From Octopus bimaculoides (lineage: Eukaryota): a stretch of 61,177 bases of DNA. Positions within the stretch are counted from its first letter, which is position 1. The number at the start of each line of letters is the position of its first letter. The stretch is taken from NCBI RefSeq assembly GCF_001194135.2, contig NC_068985.1, positions 69,388,108-69,449,284 of the forward strand, in the 5' to 3' direction. Both the position numbers and the translations under genes were made by a program. Positions 49,601 through 61,177 of this stretch are shown here, piece by piece. A model generated the notes under the pieces. It made no database searches. It was not told where the DNA came from and worked only from the letters and a program-made list of their open reading frames with translations.

Positions 49601-51492
49601 AGGCAATAAAGAATTAATGGATCACACATACACATTAAACAGAACAGACTTATGGGATTTATATTTACACACTGCCATTATGTATTACCGCATAGGATTT
49701 TACCTCGGATGTATGTTATTTCTTCAAGATTTTAGCACAAGATTGTACCAACGCATATCTATGCCAGTAACCTGTTTAACAACATTTTAAACATGTCTGT
49801 GATATATTTTAAAATAGCATTCGATTGCCTATACGGAAATTCACTCTCTTTCTCTCTGACGAGTGGATGATAATGATTATCAATTTTAGATTCCATTGTG
49901 AAGGATAATACATTCATGAAACGATCGTAAGATCTTTTAAACTTTTTACATAATTATACTTTTTATATTTATACATCTATCTAGTAATACAATGTTATTG
50001 CAGACGTATATCTTTTGTGATGATTTTTTTATGTACTTCTCCGGGTGTAATTTTATAATATAATATATAATCGCTAAGTNNNNNNNNNNNNNNNNNNNNN
50101 NNNNNNNNNNNNNNNNNNATATATATATATTTAAATAAAAGCAATATGGCGAGGAAAAGAGTGCAAACGATAATATGTATGAAAATTCATATAATGAAGG
50201 ATAACACTGAAGTTATCAACATATTAAACTGCAAATGACAAGTAGATCGCTACTATACGAAGGATGAGATTGTAAGGATCATATATTTTTATATACCCCT
50301 AAATGATAAATTCCAACAGGCATTCGTATAATTTCTTTCGAATTCCCTGGGAAACAAATTTCGATACATCCATGGCAGTAACTCGTTGCTCCACGTGGAA
50401 TTTATTCTTTGTAAGTGAAATATGAAGCCAACACTACGCAACGCCACCTGCATGAGAGAGGTTAATCACGTTGGTGTTCGAAAACGCAGTGAACATTAAA
50501 GTTTGTAAATATCCAGAAAGCGAAGAAAGAAAGTGATTCTTCCTCGACTAATATTATATGTAATATTGTATACAACCTAGTAATATTAATAGGTTACCTC
50601 CATGTCGATAGTTTCGTTAGCTGCATCCGTTATTGAATTAGTATGAAACATTAAATGCATTACGGAGTTACTACACATACTTACTTAAATAATTGAATGA
50701 TAATTGACATTCAATAATATATATTATTGTTAAATAGTTTTATAATTTTCATTCCATTTATTACGATAAATGGAGCAAAATTTATCCGTTTTGTCATTCT
50801 ATGCAGAGGAGGCCCGTTAGTAGTCAATTCTTTATTCTCCAACGTATGTTAATATTCATACCTACTCGTATAGTCTAGTGACATTTTGCGTTCTGATATG
50901 ATGTCCATCTTTTTTTCAGTATTTACAGTGAAGGCTATCCCTATTTCACAAGCTTATCAGATCGAGTTACGACAAGAGCTGCCTTTCGATTGTACAGAAT
51001 AATTTACAAGTTGTTCGTTATTTGATAATATTCTACATTTTCTCTTTAATTTTTCCACGCCACATAATGCTTTATATTATTATTTCGGTCCACCCGACAC
51101 CCCTCATTATTATGATGACACTACTGTGACTTTTCTATAAATAACTAATATATTATTTTTTTATAAATTGACTTGTGCTGGACCTTACCGAAATATTTGC
51201 ATCACTATATAAATATAAAATATTATTGCTATGAAGAAATCGAAATATCTCTTCCGTACTCCCAATACAGCCTGGCAATGTGAGCCTTAACTTTGTCATT
51301 GATTATTCCATGAGAACTTACATTTATCCATTCTTACAAGTGATGGTGGAAAAATCGTCCTCCTTGAACATGCTAATAAACAGAAAGTGGGTTTGTATAT
51401 ATAGTAAAATACGCAGGTATGTATGTATGTATGTATGTACGTATATCCATTTTCCTTGTATATAGATGAATTTGGATCTCTGTGTGTATAGG

Positions 51493-51524
<32 letters not shown>

Positions 51525-51849
51525 NNNNNNNNNNNNNNNNNNNNNNNNNNNNNNNNNNNNNNNNNNNNNNNNNNNNNNNNNNNNNNNNNNNNNNNNNNNN
51601 NNNNNNNNNNNNNNNNNNNNNNNNNNNNNNNNNNNNNNNNNNNNNNNNNNNNNNNNNNNNNNNNNNNNNNNNNNNNNNNNNNNNNNNNNNNNNNNNNNNN
51701 NNNNNNNNNNNNNNNNNNNNNNNNNNNNNNNNNNNNNNNNNNNNNNNATTTTGCCTAAACAATGCAATTACAAATACAATATCCCTACATTCACTCTCTA
51801 TTTCCTAATTTGTGGAGTAAGAAAAATTTATTTCTTTTATTTCTCTCCG

Positions 51850-52290
51850 AGGAGATAAATTGGTATCTGGACAGATATTGATTTAAATATTTCGACCGGA
51901 TGCCTGGTCGCCGAATCCATTCTGTTACAAAGTTTTGAGACGTACAAAGTTTTGAGAATGGTTTACCACGTAATGGTGGTAACCCAAACTGCTTGGATCT
52001 TTGTAGGCAGCCCAAGGTTCGCTGTAAGTTATTGAGCCTGATCTGATATGTTTTTGGATCAGAGCAACCAGTGTCACTTTGTTACGCTTCTTATTGATAA
52101 GAGGCACGACAAAACGACCCTTACTGGTTCGCTCTGTTCCGCCAAACAAACAAACTTGGCTCAGAATTCAACCTCACCCGTACTTACGACGAACAATCAA
52201 AGTCTCATCAATTTCGATTTCGATTGATTCGCCACCGATCGGTTCGTGAGATTGAAGCCACTTTTCCGTGACTTCGGAACAAAACGAAAG
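51850..52290 (-). pseudogene. Merlin (IS1016/ISXO2-like) DDE transposase remnant
   Basis: SFCSEVTEKW..IGGE..IEIDETLIVRRKY..LFGGTERTSKGRFVVPL..R.KVTLVALIQKHIRSGSITYSEPWAAY..LGYHHYVVNHSQNFV..RPGIRSKYLNQYL. Confidence 0.88.
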
Positions 52291-52777
52291 CTGATATATA
52301 TTACAACAGGTATGTAGAACATATATTTCTGTACTATCTGTTTATTCGTATGAGTCATTGAAATTGTGCACGCACACACAAACACAAATTTTCTCCAGGT
52401 ATTTGGCTCCTATTTTTAAGATATTGACATTTATAGTGTCAGTCAGTTTGGAGTTTTTCATTGAAAATTTAAGATTAAAAAAAATTCCATATTCTTAATC
52501 TCTATATTTTTCCACGTACATTGAAAAATAGATTTAATTTTGTAAAAGTTTAGCGGTAGATGTGCAAATTTTATGATCTCCGTCACGCAAAGATATGTTC
52601 CTTTAAAATTGCTTCTATAGAGAAACAACGTTCTCCCCCACCATCACCACCACGACACACAAAATTAGTTTGCACGCGAAAGATTTTTTTTGTTTTTTCT
52701 TAATACGTTGCTACAAAGCTTGGCTGGTCTAGCATAAAAGTGTGTTTTGCTGAGAATTACTACATTTCTTTTTTCAG

Positions 52778-52783
52778 CAAGAT
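52778..52783 (+). other. Candidate 6-nt microexon (CAAGAT)
   Basis: tacatttcttttttCAG acceptor immediately followed by CAAGAT and a perfect GTAAGT donor. A TGC lies about 30 nt upstream. No transcript evidence. Confidence 0.35.
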
Positions 52784-52862
52784 GTAAGTAGCACTTTGTC
52801 TGAATTTTTACCTGCCTACATACATGCTATTATATATATGTATATACATACACCAAATCTAC

Positions 52863-52865
<3 letters not shown>

Positions 52866-52948
<83 letters not shown>
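52866..52948. repeat. Long (TA)n microsatellite
   Basis: Read directly from the sequence. Confidence 0.95.
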
Positions 52949-52950
<2 letters not shown>

Positions 52951-53098
52951 TGTATGTATATATTAATATTATCTCAGTTATTAAAACCTTTGATAATGTA
53001 AATATGTTAATAGTTACCAGAGGTAGCAAAATTTCACTAAAAAAACAAGATATCGCAGCCGTTTTACCAAGTTAAACTGATACATTTTGAGAAGATAT

Positions 53099-53871
53099 GG
53101 ATAATAATAAATGGAGCAAACCGCATTTAAAGAAATGTTCCTTTAATTCCTACACATGTTTCAAAATAAATGAAAGCTCTTTCACAAAGAAGTAAGAGTT
53201 GCTGGGATTCATCATATTTTTCTCTTCAGTGAGTTCATAATAAAACATATAATAGCAAGACAAAAACGAAATGATGAGGTAACTTACGAGCAGAGATGTT
53301 ACATGGTCAGTGACCGTTAAGAGGCTTGTTTACATAGAGATATAAAGGGGTCAATGATATTATTCCATGGGCTTTAGGAATAAGGACGCTTGTTTACATA
53401 GAGATATAAAAGGAGGGGGTTGTAAACGTGATGCTAAAGTTTAAGCTCATAGAGTTATTTAAATAGGGGGAGAAAGACAAGTATGTTGTAGTTCTGTTAA
53501 ATATGAAACAGTGTGAGCTAATTGGTGAGTCAAAAAAAGAAGAAGGGAGGGAACTTTATATCTCTATGTAAACAAGCGTTCTTATTCCTAAAGCCCATGG
53601 AATAATATCATTGACCCCTTTATATATATCTCTATGTAAACAAACCTCCTGACGGTCACTGATCATGTAACATCTTTGCTCGTAAGTTACCTCATCATTT
53701 CGTTTTTGTCTTGCTTTTATATGTTTTTATGAACTCCCTGAAGAGAAATATATGAGGAAGCCCAACAGTTCTTACTTTTTTGTGAAAGGATCTTCATTTA
53801 TTTTGAAACATGTCTAGGAATTAAAGGAACTTTTATTTATATGCGTTTTGCTCCATTTATAATTATTGTCC
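53099..53871. mobile_element. Non-autonomous foldback/MITE-like element with about 312-bp inverted arms
   Basis: Arms 53099-53410 and 53555-53871 are reverse complements with scattered mismatches. GG...CC termini, ATAT on both flanks, 144-bp spacer. Confidence 0.88.
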
Positions 53872-54379
53872 ATATATNNNNNNNNNNNNNNNNNNNNNNN
53901 NNNNNNNNNNNNNNNNNNNNNNNNNNNNNNNNNNNNNNNNNNNNNNNNNNNNNNNNNNNNNNNNNNNNNNNNNNNNNNNNNNNNNNNNNNNNNNNNNNNN
54001 NNNNNNNNNNNNNNNNNNNNNNNNNNNNNNNNNNNNNNNNNNNNNNNNNNNNNNNNNNNNNNNNNNNNNNNNNNNNNNNNNNNNNNNNNNNNNNNNNNNN
54101 NNNNNNNNNNNNNNNNNNNNNNNNNNNNNNNNNNNNNNNNNNNNNNNNNNNNNNNNNNNNNNNNNNNNNNNNNNNNNNNNNNNNNNNNNNNNNNNNNNNN
54201 NNNNNNNNNNNNNNNNNNNNNNNNNNNNNNNNNNNNNNNNNNNNNNNNNNNNNNNNNNNNNNNNNNNNNNNNNNNNNNNNNNNNNNNNNNNNNNNNNNNN
54301 NNNNNNNNNNNNNNNNNNNNNNNNNNNNNNNNNTATATATATATATATATATATATATAAGGCAGCGACTATTCCCGAT

Positions 54380-56926
54380 CTAGTTATATCCCCTCCTAGT
54401 GCTACTGTCGGTCAAAGCTGCATAGAATATATGTATTGGAGATGGTTGACTTGGAAATCTGCATCGGAGATCTGCATTCGAGAAGATTGCATGAAATGTT
54501 TGCATTGGATAAGGATGCATCGAGAGTTTGCATTGAAGATCTGCAGTGTAGAGTGGTGACTCAAAGATTTGGATTGGATAAAGTTGTATTAGAGATGTAC
54601 ACGAGAAGGTTGATCCAAAGATTTGCCTTGGGGTTATGGATTGGAGTAACTTAGGAAAACCTACCAACACCCTTCACCAAAAAGTAAGTGCCTGTCCCTT
54701 CTAGCTTAACGCTATGAGCAACTTAGGCAAGCACTGATATCGTCCGAGTGAGCATTGTTGTTGGAGAAGTCAGCATTGTGCAATAAAAAATAGGAAGTAT
54801 CTATGAGACATGTTGCGCTGCTTTGAGAGTATGTGAGGCCTATGCTTCCGGATCACCTGTTTATAACCACATCGGCTGCAATGACGACTTGTCGATAAAA
54901 CTTTGCTATAGACAACTTTGCGTGTTCTTCTCTGAGGAGCATACACAAAAAGAGCGTTTCTCCACCCCATACGGGAGCAGGCCACATAAAGTTGCCTATG
55001 TGAAAAGCATGGCTCCCTCAAACGGATGCCTGCCACCTTGGGATTTGTTGATGGACATGCCGAAGCATGGTCTCACCGTGAAGTGCGATCTGCGGAAGTT
55101 AAGCGGCATGTCTGTCCCCGAGGGATAAAGGTGCATCCTTGAATTTAAAACATTTGCATCCTTCCCACACCCTGTTCCAATTGTGGCTTCAGTGAAGGGG
55201 GGCGTCAGGCACTTGACTACTAAGCGGGTCCCATTGCACTGTTAAGGCGGAATCAAGTTTCTGATTGGCATAATTGGGTATCCAACCCTTAGCCTAAGAA
55301 TGTGAGGTGGAAGCCCTGCTGTCTCCAATGAGTTGAGAAAGTCGATGTCTTTGAGATCAGAGGTCCGGTCAACCGATTTGTAGATGCGGTCCTCACCCGG
55401 AATTTAGCTTATAAGCTGGTCGATGGTGGCACTGACAGCTACGTTTTTGGAGGCCAGGATAGTTCTTACAATGAGCCAACTGATGTCTGCATAGTTACTT
55501 TACAGATTGGGGAACACTGTTTCCAAAAGATCGGAAGTGTTGTCCACGGTGTTGCACAATTCAGAGATGGATATTTCACCCCTATCATTCCTAGCGACCT
55601 TGCCTTCTCCAAGAACTAAATTTTCTTCAAAAAATGCTGCAGACGTGCTATCACCAAGCAAGTGCGTACGCTTGTTTCTGCTTAGACTTAAAGTCTTAAC
55701 CTGGGGCCACAACGTGGTCAACTTAACGCATGCGCGCTCTACATCAGCCCTGCTCCCTTTAAGAATGACGGGACGGGTTTGCCAGAAATTTCCTGAAAGC
55801 AATAGACTTACACCACCAATAGAAGCAGCAGAATCCGTGATACCTTTCAGGGATCACCCTTATTGTCCATTCGTCGCAGACAATGAAACGGTATTGCCTA
55901 AAACTTTCAGCTTCCTCTGAAGTTTTGCCAATGTTTCAAGTAGGTGCCTCGGCTCTCACCGAATGCAAAGGCAGCTTGAATACCGAGTGCACCGTCCTAC
56001 CACCCGGCAATAACGTAGCAGCGATTCTCAAGGAGGCAACGGCTCGCGCAATTTGTTTATCACGACAAGTATTATTAATGCTTGTTTCTCGCAAGTATTA
56101 ATTGTGTTACAAAATATTTGCTGGTACCTCCAGGATCATCGAGAGGAAAAATGCATCCCATTCAAGATACGCCAAAAAGCCTCATTGCTGTTGATGTACC
56201 ATCCCGACAGGTACTCAGAAACCTCATCCCTTCCACTGGCAATTTGAAGGCAAAATACGGTGGCATCGGGTCCTTTGTTAATGTCCTTACAAATGTACTT
56301 TATAGCTTTAATGGAACTGCAAAAGTCTACGTTTATATGGGCCTTAAAATCCTTCAAGAGAAGCGGGCAGTAAGGGACACTCCATAGATTGTTGACTTTA
56401 TTTCCCTTTACTGTTGTTGTGAAGCTACTGTTCTCAGCGCGTCTCCGTCTGTACAGGGCGTACCCGTCTCCATTGGTCTCTCATCAGAGCCTGGCGTACG
56501 AAACTGTACTCAATGCAATTGAAACTGTTCTCAGGGCCGTTCTCAGTGCCTCCTGCGGGCACGCATGATGGCCATCAACAGCCATCCCACATGGACCATG
56601 GATCATGTTCATGCTGACGATGTCATATAACTCGTGGTCGATGGCAGGGTTACGAATCTCAGCCGAGTTGATTGCATCAACGTCATTAGATTTGACTTTC
56701 ATGGCTAGCTAAATCTGAATGTGAGCATGTGGCTTTCCTCTCTTCGGCCATTCCACTTAACTTGCCCAAAAATCTGTCCCAACACACACAAAATACACTA
56801 AGAAAAAATAAATCGGATTTTACATTTTTACTTTTGATGAACGATGTCACTTACTTTCTCTCTTCCTAACAGACACTTTCTCTTTACATTCATTTGTTAA
56901 ACGCTGTCAAAATCTCTCTCCCTTGC

Positions 56927-56959
<33 letters not shown>

Positions 56960-57351
56960 CACACACACACACATACACGCACACATACACACACACACAT
57001 ACACATGCACACACACACACACACATACACACACACATACACACCCACACACACATACACACGCACACACACTTTCACTTCGCTATGTCAAGAAGAAGAC
57101 TTGACTCATGTTAGCAAACTTGGAAATTGGTAAAGGTTATGGTTGGAATTCGGTTTTACTGCTATCTGCGGGTGCCTCGGGAAAAATAAGTTGACAAAAC
57201 CCAGCTAGGTTCGTGACGAATGTCCTCCTAAAATTGAAGCGACGTGCGTGCTAATTTGTGGGCGTGCATAAATTGTATTCATGTTGGCACACACACTCAC
57301 ACACGCACACACACACACACACACAAACACACACATTCTGCCTTTTATAGA
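54380..57351 (-). mobile_element. Internally deleted, decayed Helitron
   Basis: Putative 5' end A|TCTATAAAAGGCAG at 57351, a (TG)n-rich leader, RepHel remnants at 54895-56765, a repetitive 3' region and CTAG near 54380. The 3' end is uncertain. Confidence 0.75.
54895..56765 (-). pseudogene. Helitron Rep-helicase (RepHel) pseudogene
   Basis: EWPKRGKPHAHIQI (HUH); ISAEI..MIHGPCG; DGYALYRRR..VPYCPLL..FKAHINVDFCSSIKAIKYICK; PGGTSKYF (decayed Walker A); AATLLPGGRTVHSVFKLP; LSGNFWQTRPVI; CNGTRL; GMSINKSQG; PCFSHRQLYVACSR; VVYSKVL. Confidence 0.92.
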
Positions 57352-57355
57352 TATT

Positions 57356-57390
<35 letters not shown>

Positions 57391-57529
57391 AAAGAAAAGA
57401 CCTCTATTAACAAATTCAACAATGAAAGATGTCATTCAAAACATCTAGAAAAACAAATATATCACAAAAAGCCTATTCCCAAAATCAATAAATTACACAA
57501 TCAATAAATAAATAACGCGCGTAGATTCA

Positions 57530-57760
57530 TTTCCTAGATCGAATGATGCATTGTGTTATTGGGCAAAACACTTCATCTGACATTGCTCTGCGGTCACTTC
57601 CGTTCTGGGACACGTGTTACACTGAACAACAATTTAGGCAATGTCAATTTGATGGCGAGAGTGAGCTATTGGACTGCAGATTTATTTCATTACTATAAAC
57701 ACATTAGTTGTGCAGGTCGTCAGGCAAAACCTGAACACTCATATATTGTCTTCGACCGGA
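57530..57760 (+). mobile_element. Family B CORE-like SINE fragment
   Basis: ttcctagatcg..gatgcattgtgttattgggcaaaacacttcatc..ttgctctgcggtcact. Confidence 0.5.
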
Positions 57761-57864
57761 GAGTTCATCACATATGTACATATACACAAACATGTACTAC
57801 TTGTTCATAGATACACACAGAGACCTGTGTGTTTGTGTGTGTATGTGCGTGTGTATGTATGTGT

Positions 57865-57900
<36 letters not shown>

Positions 57901-59181
57901 TGTGCACGCGCGTGTGTATGAATTCACGTTAACCTCCAAATACGGCATATTTAAATCTTTCTCCGTAGAATGAGAAACAAAATACCCCGCCTCAATCGCC
58001 TTTATATGAACTGTGTTTGCTTCTCATCATAGGACTCTTCATGAATGAACCAATAACAGAAAAAACAAGTAACAAATCGCTGTACATACAAAACAAATCC
58101 AGTACTGCCAGAGAACTAGAGCTATAAGTTTGGATATTATAAGTGTTTGAACAATTAATTTAATAGGAGTAGTATTTTCTCTTATAGTCGTTAACGTTTA
58201 ATCCAATTCAACCTTTTATGTCATGACTCATTAGCCATCGTTTTCTAGGATAAATTAATTTGAGACTACACTCTCCAATGTATCCTGTTATCCTACTTAA
58301 ATGTGTGCATATGTTACCTGCATGTTATTTGTCTGCGATTAGTTGAAATTCGTAACCAAGTACAGGCACTCACATTGATTTACTGTATTTGTGAGTTATT
58401 TATATTTATTTTACTATTACTCGCTACTATATTTGTGCTTGCAATTGTGGGCTTTTTAAAAACAAATATTGATATTCTATTATTGTTATCTACACATCTA
58501 TATGGTAGAAAGTGGCATTCTATTTTCATAATGTTTTATTTTGTTATTGAAACAGGAAAGATTGAGCCAGCCATTTTAGATACCTACCAGAAGCAAAGTG
58601 CACAGTAAGAGATATTGAACTTGTGATACTCTGAAAGTAAAGGCGAGTAAACTATCGATTGCATGTTTTCACAGTTAATGAATTTAAGCGCTACAAAAAA
58701 TGGAACTCCGCCTCGTCAGGAACAGGAAAGGTGCACAGTTTTCAGTAACACTCATAAGAATTTGATACGTTGTGATGGCGTACAACATTGAGGGTGGAGG
58801 ACACACTTCTACTCGGGTCAATGTCAGGACATCATTCACGCTGGTTGTAAAATCATAACCGCAGATTTTTCTATTCTTTTCGGCAAACCCATTTATTTCA
58901 ATTTTGATATGTTTATGATGATCATCTAGTAAGTAGAAGAGTAATACCTTACTATTCAGCCATTCTAATGACAGTTAAATGTGAATATTTATGTGAGGTT
59001 AAATGAAAATGTAATGTCATTGCATTGTATGGCTGACAAGGTATCAAGTCAGTGAACAGAATATTTCAATGTATAATGAAGAATATTTCCTAATATATAA
59101 AAGGATTTGTTATAGATATATAAGCATTCATATGCACACAAACGTATACATATGTATTTATGCGTGTATGCTTGTATGTAT

Positions 59182-59259
<78 letters not shown>

Positions 59260-60819
59260 TTATACATATTCGTACATATCCATGTATACATATATGTATA
59301 CACACATTTAAGTATACATATATACATATGTGTGTATGCATGTATTTGTATTTGTCAGTGTGCAAGTGTGAAGTGTATAGGTGGGCACTTATGTCCGACT
59401 GTTTTATATGTGTATATTTTGTTATAATTTCTCGCATTCAAATATATTCATATGAAAAACTACAAAATATACAAGCACATATGCATACTTATTGAAATAT
59501 GTTAAATATATAGTTATATGCATACCAACACAAATATAATTAATGTGTACACCCTTACACATTGACTTCAAAATGCTGGTATTCTACTTAACTGAAGAAT
59601 AAGACCTGCTGTCATATTGTATTTTGGAATTCAATTTTCAGAAGCAAAGAACTTCATGAATAATTGGGGATTTGATTTGACAGAATTCCCTGAATCAAGT
59701 AAATCTTGTATAGATCTCTATTGATTTATTAGAGATTACATTACCAAATTATCTTGGAGAAATGCTATATTTCAATGGTGTAGTAGATTCCCTGCAAGAA
59801 TACAATGGCTCCCAATTCTTTAAATGATCCACATTGACAAATGGAATTTCCTAGCAGTTGCATCGATACGATATTATTAAAGATGAAATTCTTATTTAAA
59901 GCATGTGATAGCTGCTTTTAAATGTCTTTAGAATAGGAAGGATGAATTTATCATGATTGTTTTTATGTTTTTTATTCTATTTTATTGAACTGCAAGTCAT
60001 TCTATAGATTCTAAGCGAATAGACTGCTATTTTATAGTAGAACAATTTCGGTAGCTAAAAATTATATGCCATTTTATTTTAATAGTAATTCTGTAAATTC
60101 TAACAGACATGAATCTCATTTATTATCTATATGTTGCCACTTTGTCTATATTTTTATGGTATATATGAATCGGGTTTAAGCTAAAGCTTTAACAAATAAT
60201 CTATTGTTGTCTTTTGTTTCCTTCTAGAATATTTGAAAGTCATGTTATTTGTAGGTTCTGAAGATGACCTAGGAAATCTCAAATCATATTGATCCACATC
60301 AAGATAGACTACTTGGCTATTGTTATGATTTCCAATCATGAAAGAAACAGAAATATGCACAAAAATTGTTTTTAGTAAATGGAACCCGTCCTTTTTTTTA
60401 TCATAAAATGTTAAATCTCAATATAACTGTGCATTTAACCACTTTTAAAAGCACGCACTTGGAGAGATATGATTATTGATTAAATAAATCTAACAACTTT
60501 GAGTAAATACTAACACATATATGACCAGTGAATTATTATTTTTCATGCTGTAAAATCCCCAACCCCTTCTGTTCAAATCGATGTTGATAACGTCTTCTCA
60601 GTTGTGACACCCTCCTCTTTTATTTGAATCCTGCGCATATTGAATAATGTGAACAATTGTACTACATAACTTTGAATTTACTGGAGTCTGATTTGAGGGA
60701 ATTTGGCTGCTATATTTAGGAGTTGTTATTACTAATAAGTGGTTAACTCATGCGCGTATGTATGTCTGTCTGTGTATCCATGTGGGTCTACGAGTCTCCG
60801 TCCAAGTATATCTTTGCAT

Positions 60820-60950
60820 ATCTCGCCATCTTCAACACTTGACAACCGTCTCCGTAAGGTGGCAATTCGGCAAAAGAACACCGGTACGATCAGTACCAGA
60901 TACGTACTTAAATAGATTCATTGGACCTCATTACTAAAGATGGTACTTGT
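60820..60950 (+). mobile_element. Family C SINE tail fragment, degenerate
   Basis: cttgacaacc..ttcggcaaaaga..accg..agtac.., same orientation as the revcomp tail at 42478-42600. Confidence 0.45.
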
Positions 60951-61084
60951 TTATATTCGTAGTTGAATAACTGACAGAAGTAAACTATAAAAGATTGACT
61001 TCATGGTATGCATACACACGCACTCGTAAATATATGTGTATGCATATATGTGTGTATTGTGTGTGGGTATGTGTATACATATAT

Positions 61085-61117
61085 ATACATAGACACACAG
61101 ACACACACACACACACA

Positions 61118-61177
<60 letters not shown>
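61085..61177. repeat. (CA)n(TA)n microsatellite
   Basis: Read directly from the sequence. Confidence 0.95.

Noticed and set aside
51315-51385. Minus-strand AG/GTAAGT-bounded segment (CSRRTIFPPSLVRMDK), and a similar one near 24630-24670
   Set aside because: Isolated, with no recognisable homology, and within chance expectation for AT-rich DNA.
13660-54383. Long ORFs full of X (e.g. 13660-14733, 20138-20686, 27243-27899, 28737-29195, 39025-39709, 46153-46734, 48141-48947, 51324-51858, 53841-54383)
   Set aside because: They are open only because they cross N gaps (13811-14644, 20212-20561, 23928-23952, 27398-27639, 28804-29110, 39242-39463, 46513-46617, 48280-48883, 50080-50118, 51525-51747, 53878-54333) and adjacent microsatellites.
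58762-58857. YVVMAYNIEGGGHTSTRVNVRT resembles the end of a fibronectin type III domain
   Set aside because: An in-frame TGA lies immediately upstream, the hydrophobic spacing is off, and no matching acceptor or rest of the domain was found.

Overview
AT-rich eukaryotic DNA packed with repeats and microsatellites. It has 11 assembly gaps, nearly all flanked by (TA)n or (CA)n. The repeat style and SINE families look like an Octopus (cephalopod) genome; that assignment is my inference. I recognise no intact host protein-coding gene, rRNA, true tRNA gene or CRISPR array, and nearly all listed ORFs are microsatellite or N-gap artefacts or transposon debris. Decayed DNA transposons are a complete Tc1, a deleted mariner, maT/DD37D-like fragments, Merlin, an internally deleted Helitron and a 773-bp foldback element. 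Decayed LINEs are R4/Dong-like arrays ending in (TAA)n, two HERO-like 3' ends, RTE pieces and an L1/Tx1-like endonuclease. Several tRNA-derived SINE families are also present. The most interesting signal is a small non-coding element with a tRNA-like Pol III head, an (AAT)n spacer and a Penelope-type minimal hammerhead ribozyme motif. It occurs at two loci as head-to-head inverted pairs (19.2-19.9 kb and 27.9-28.4 kb, the latter with a 13-bp TSD). Other leads are an HDV-like ribozyme fold at an RTE 5' end, a locally templated 44-nt insertion and two candidate in-frame microexons.
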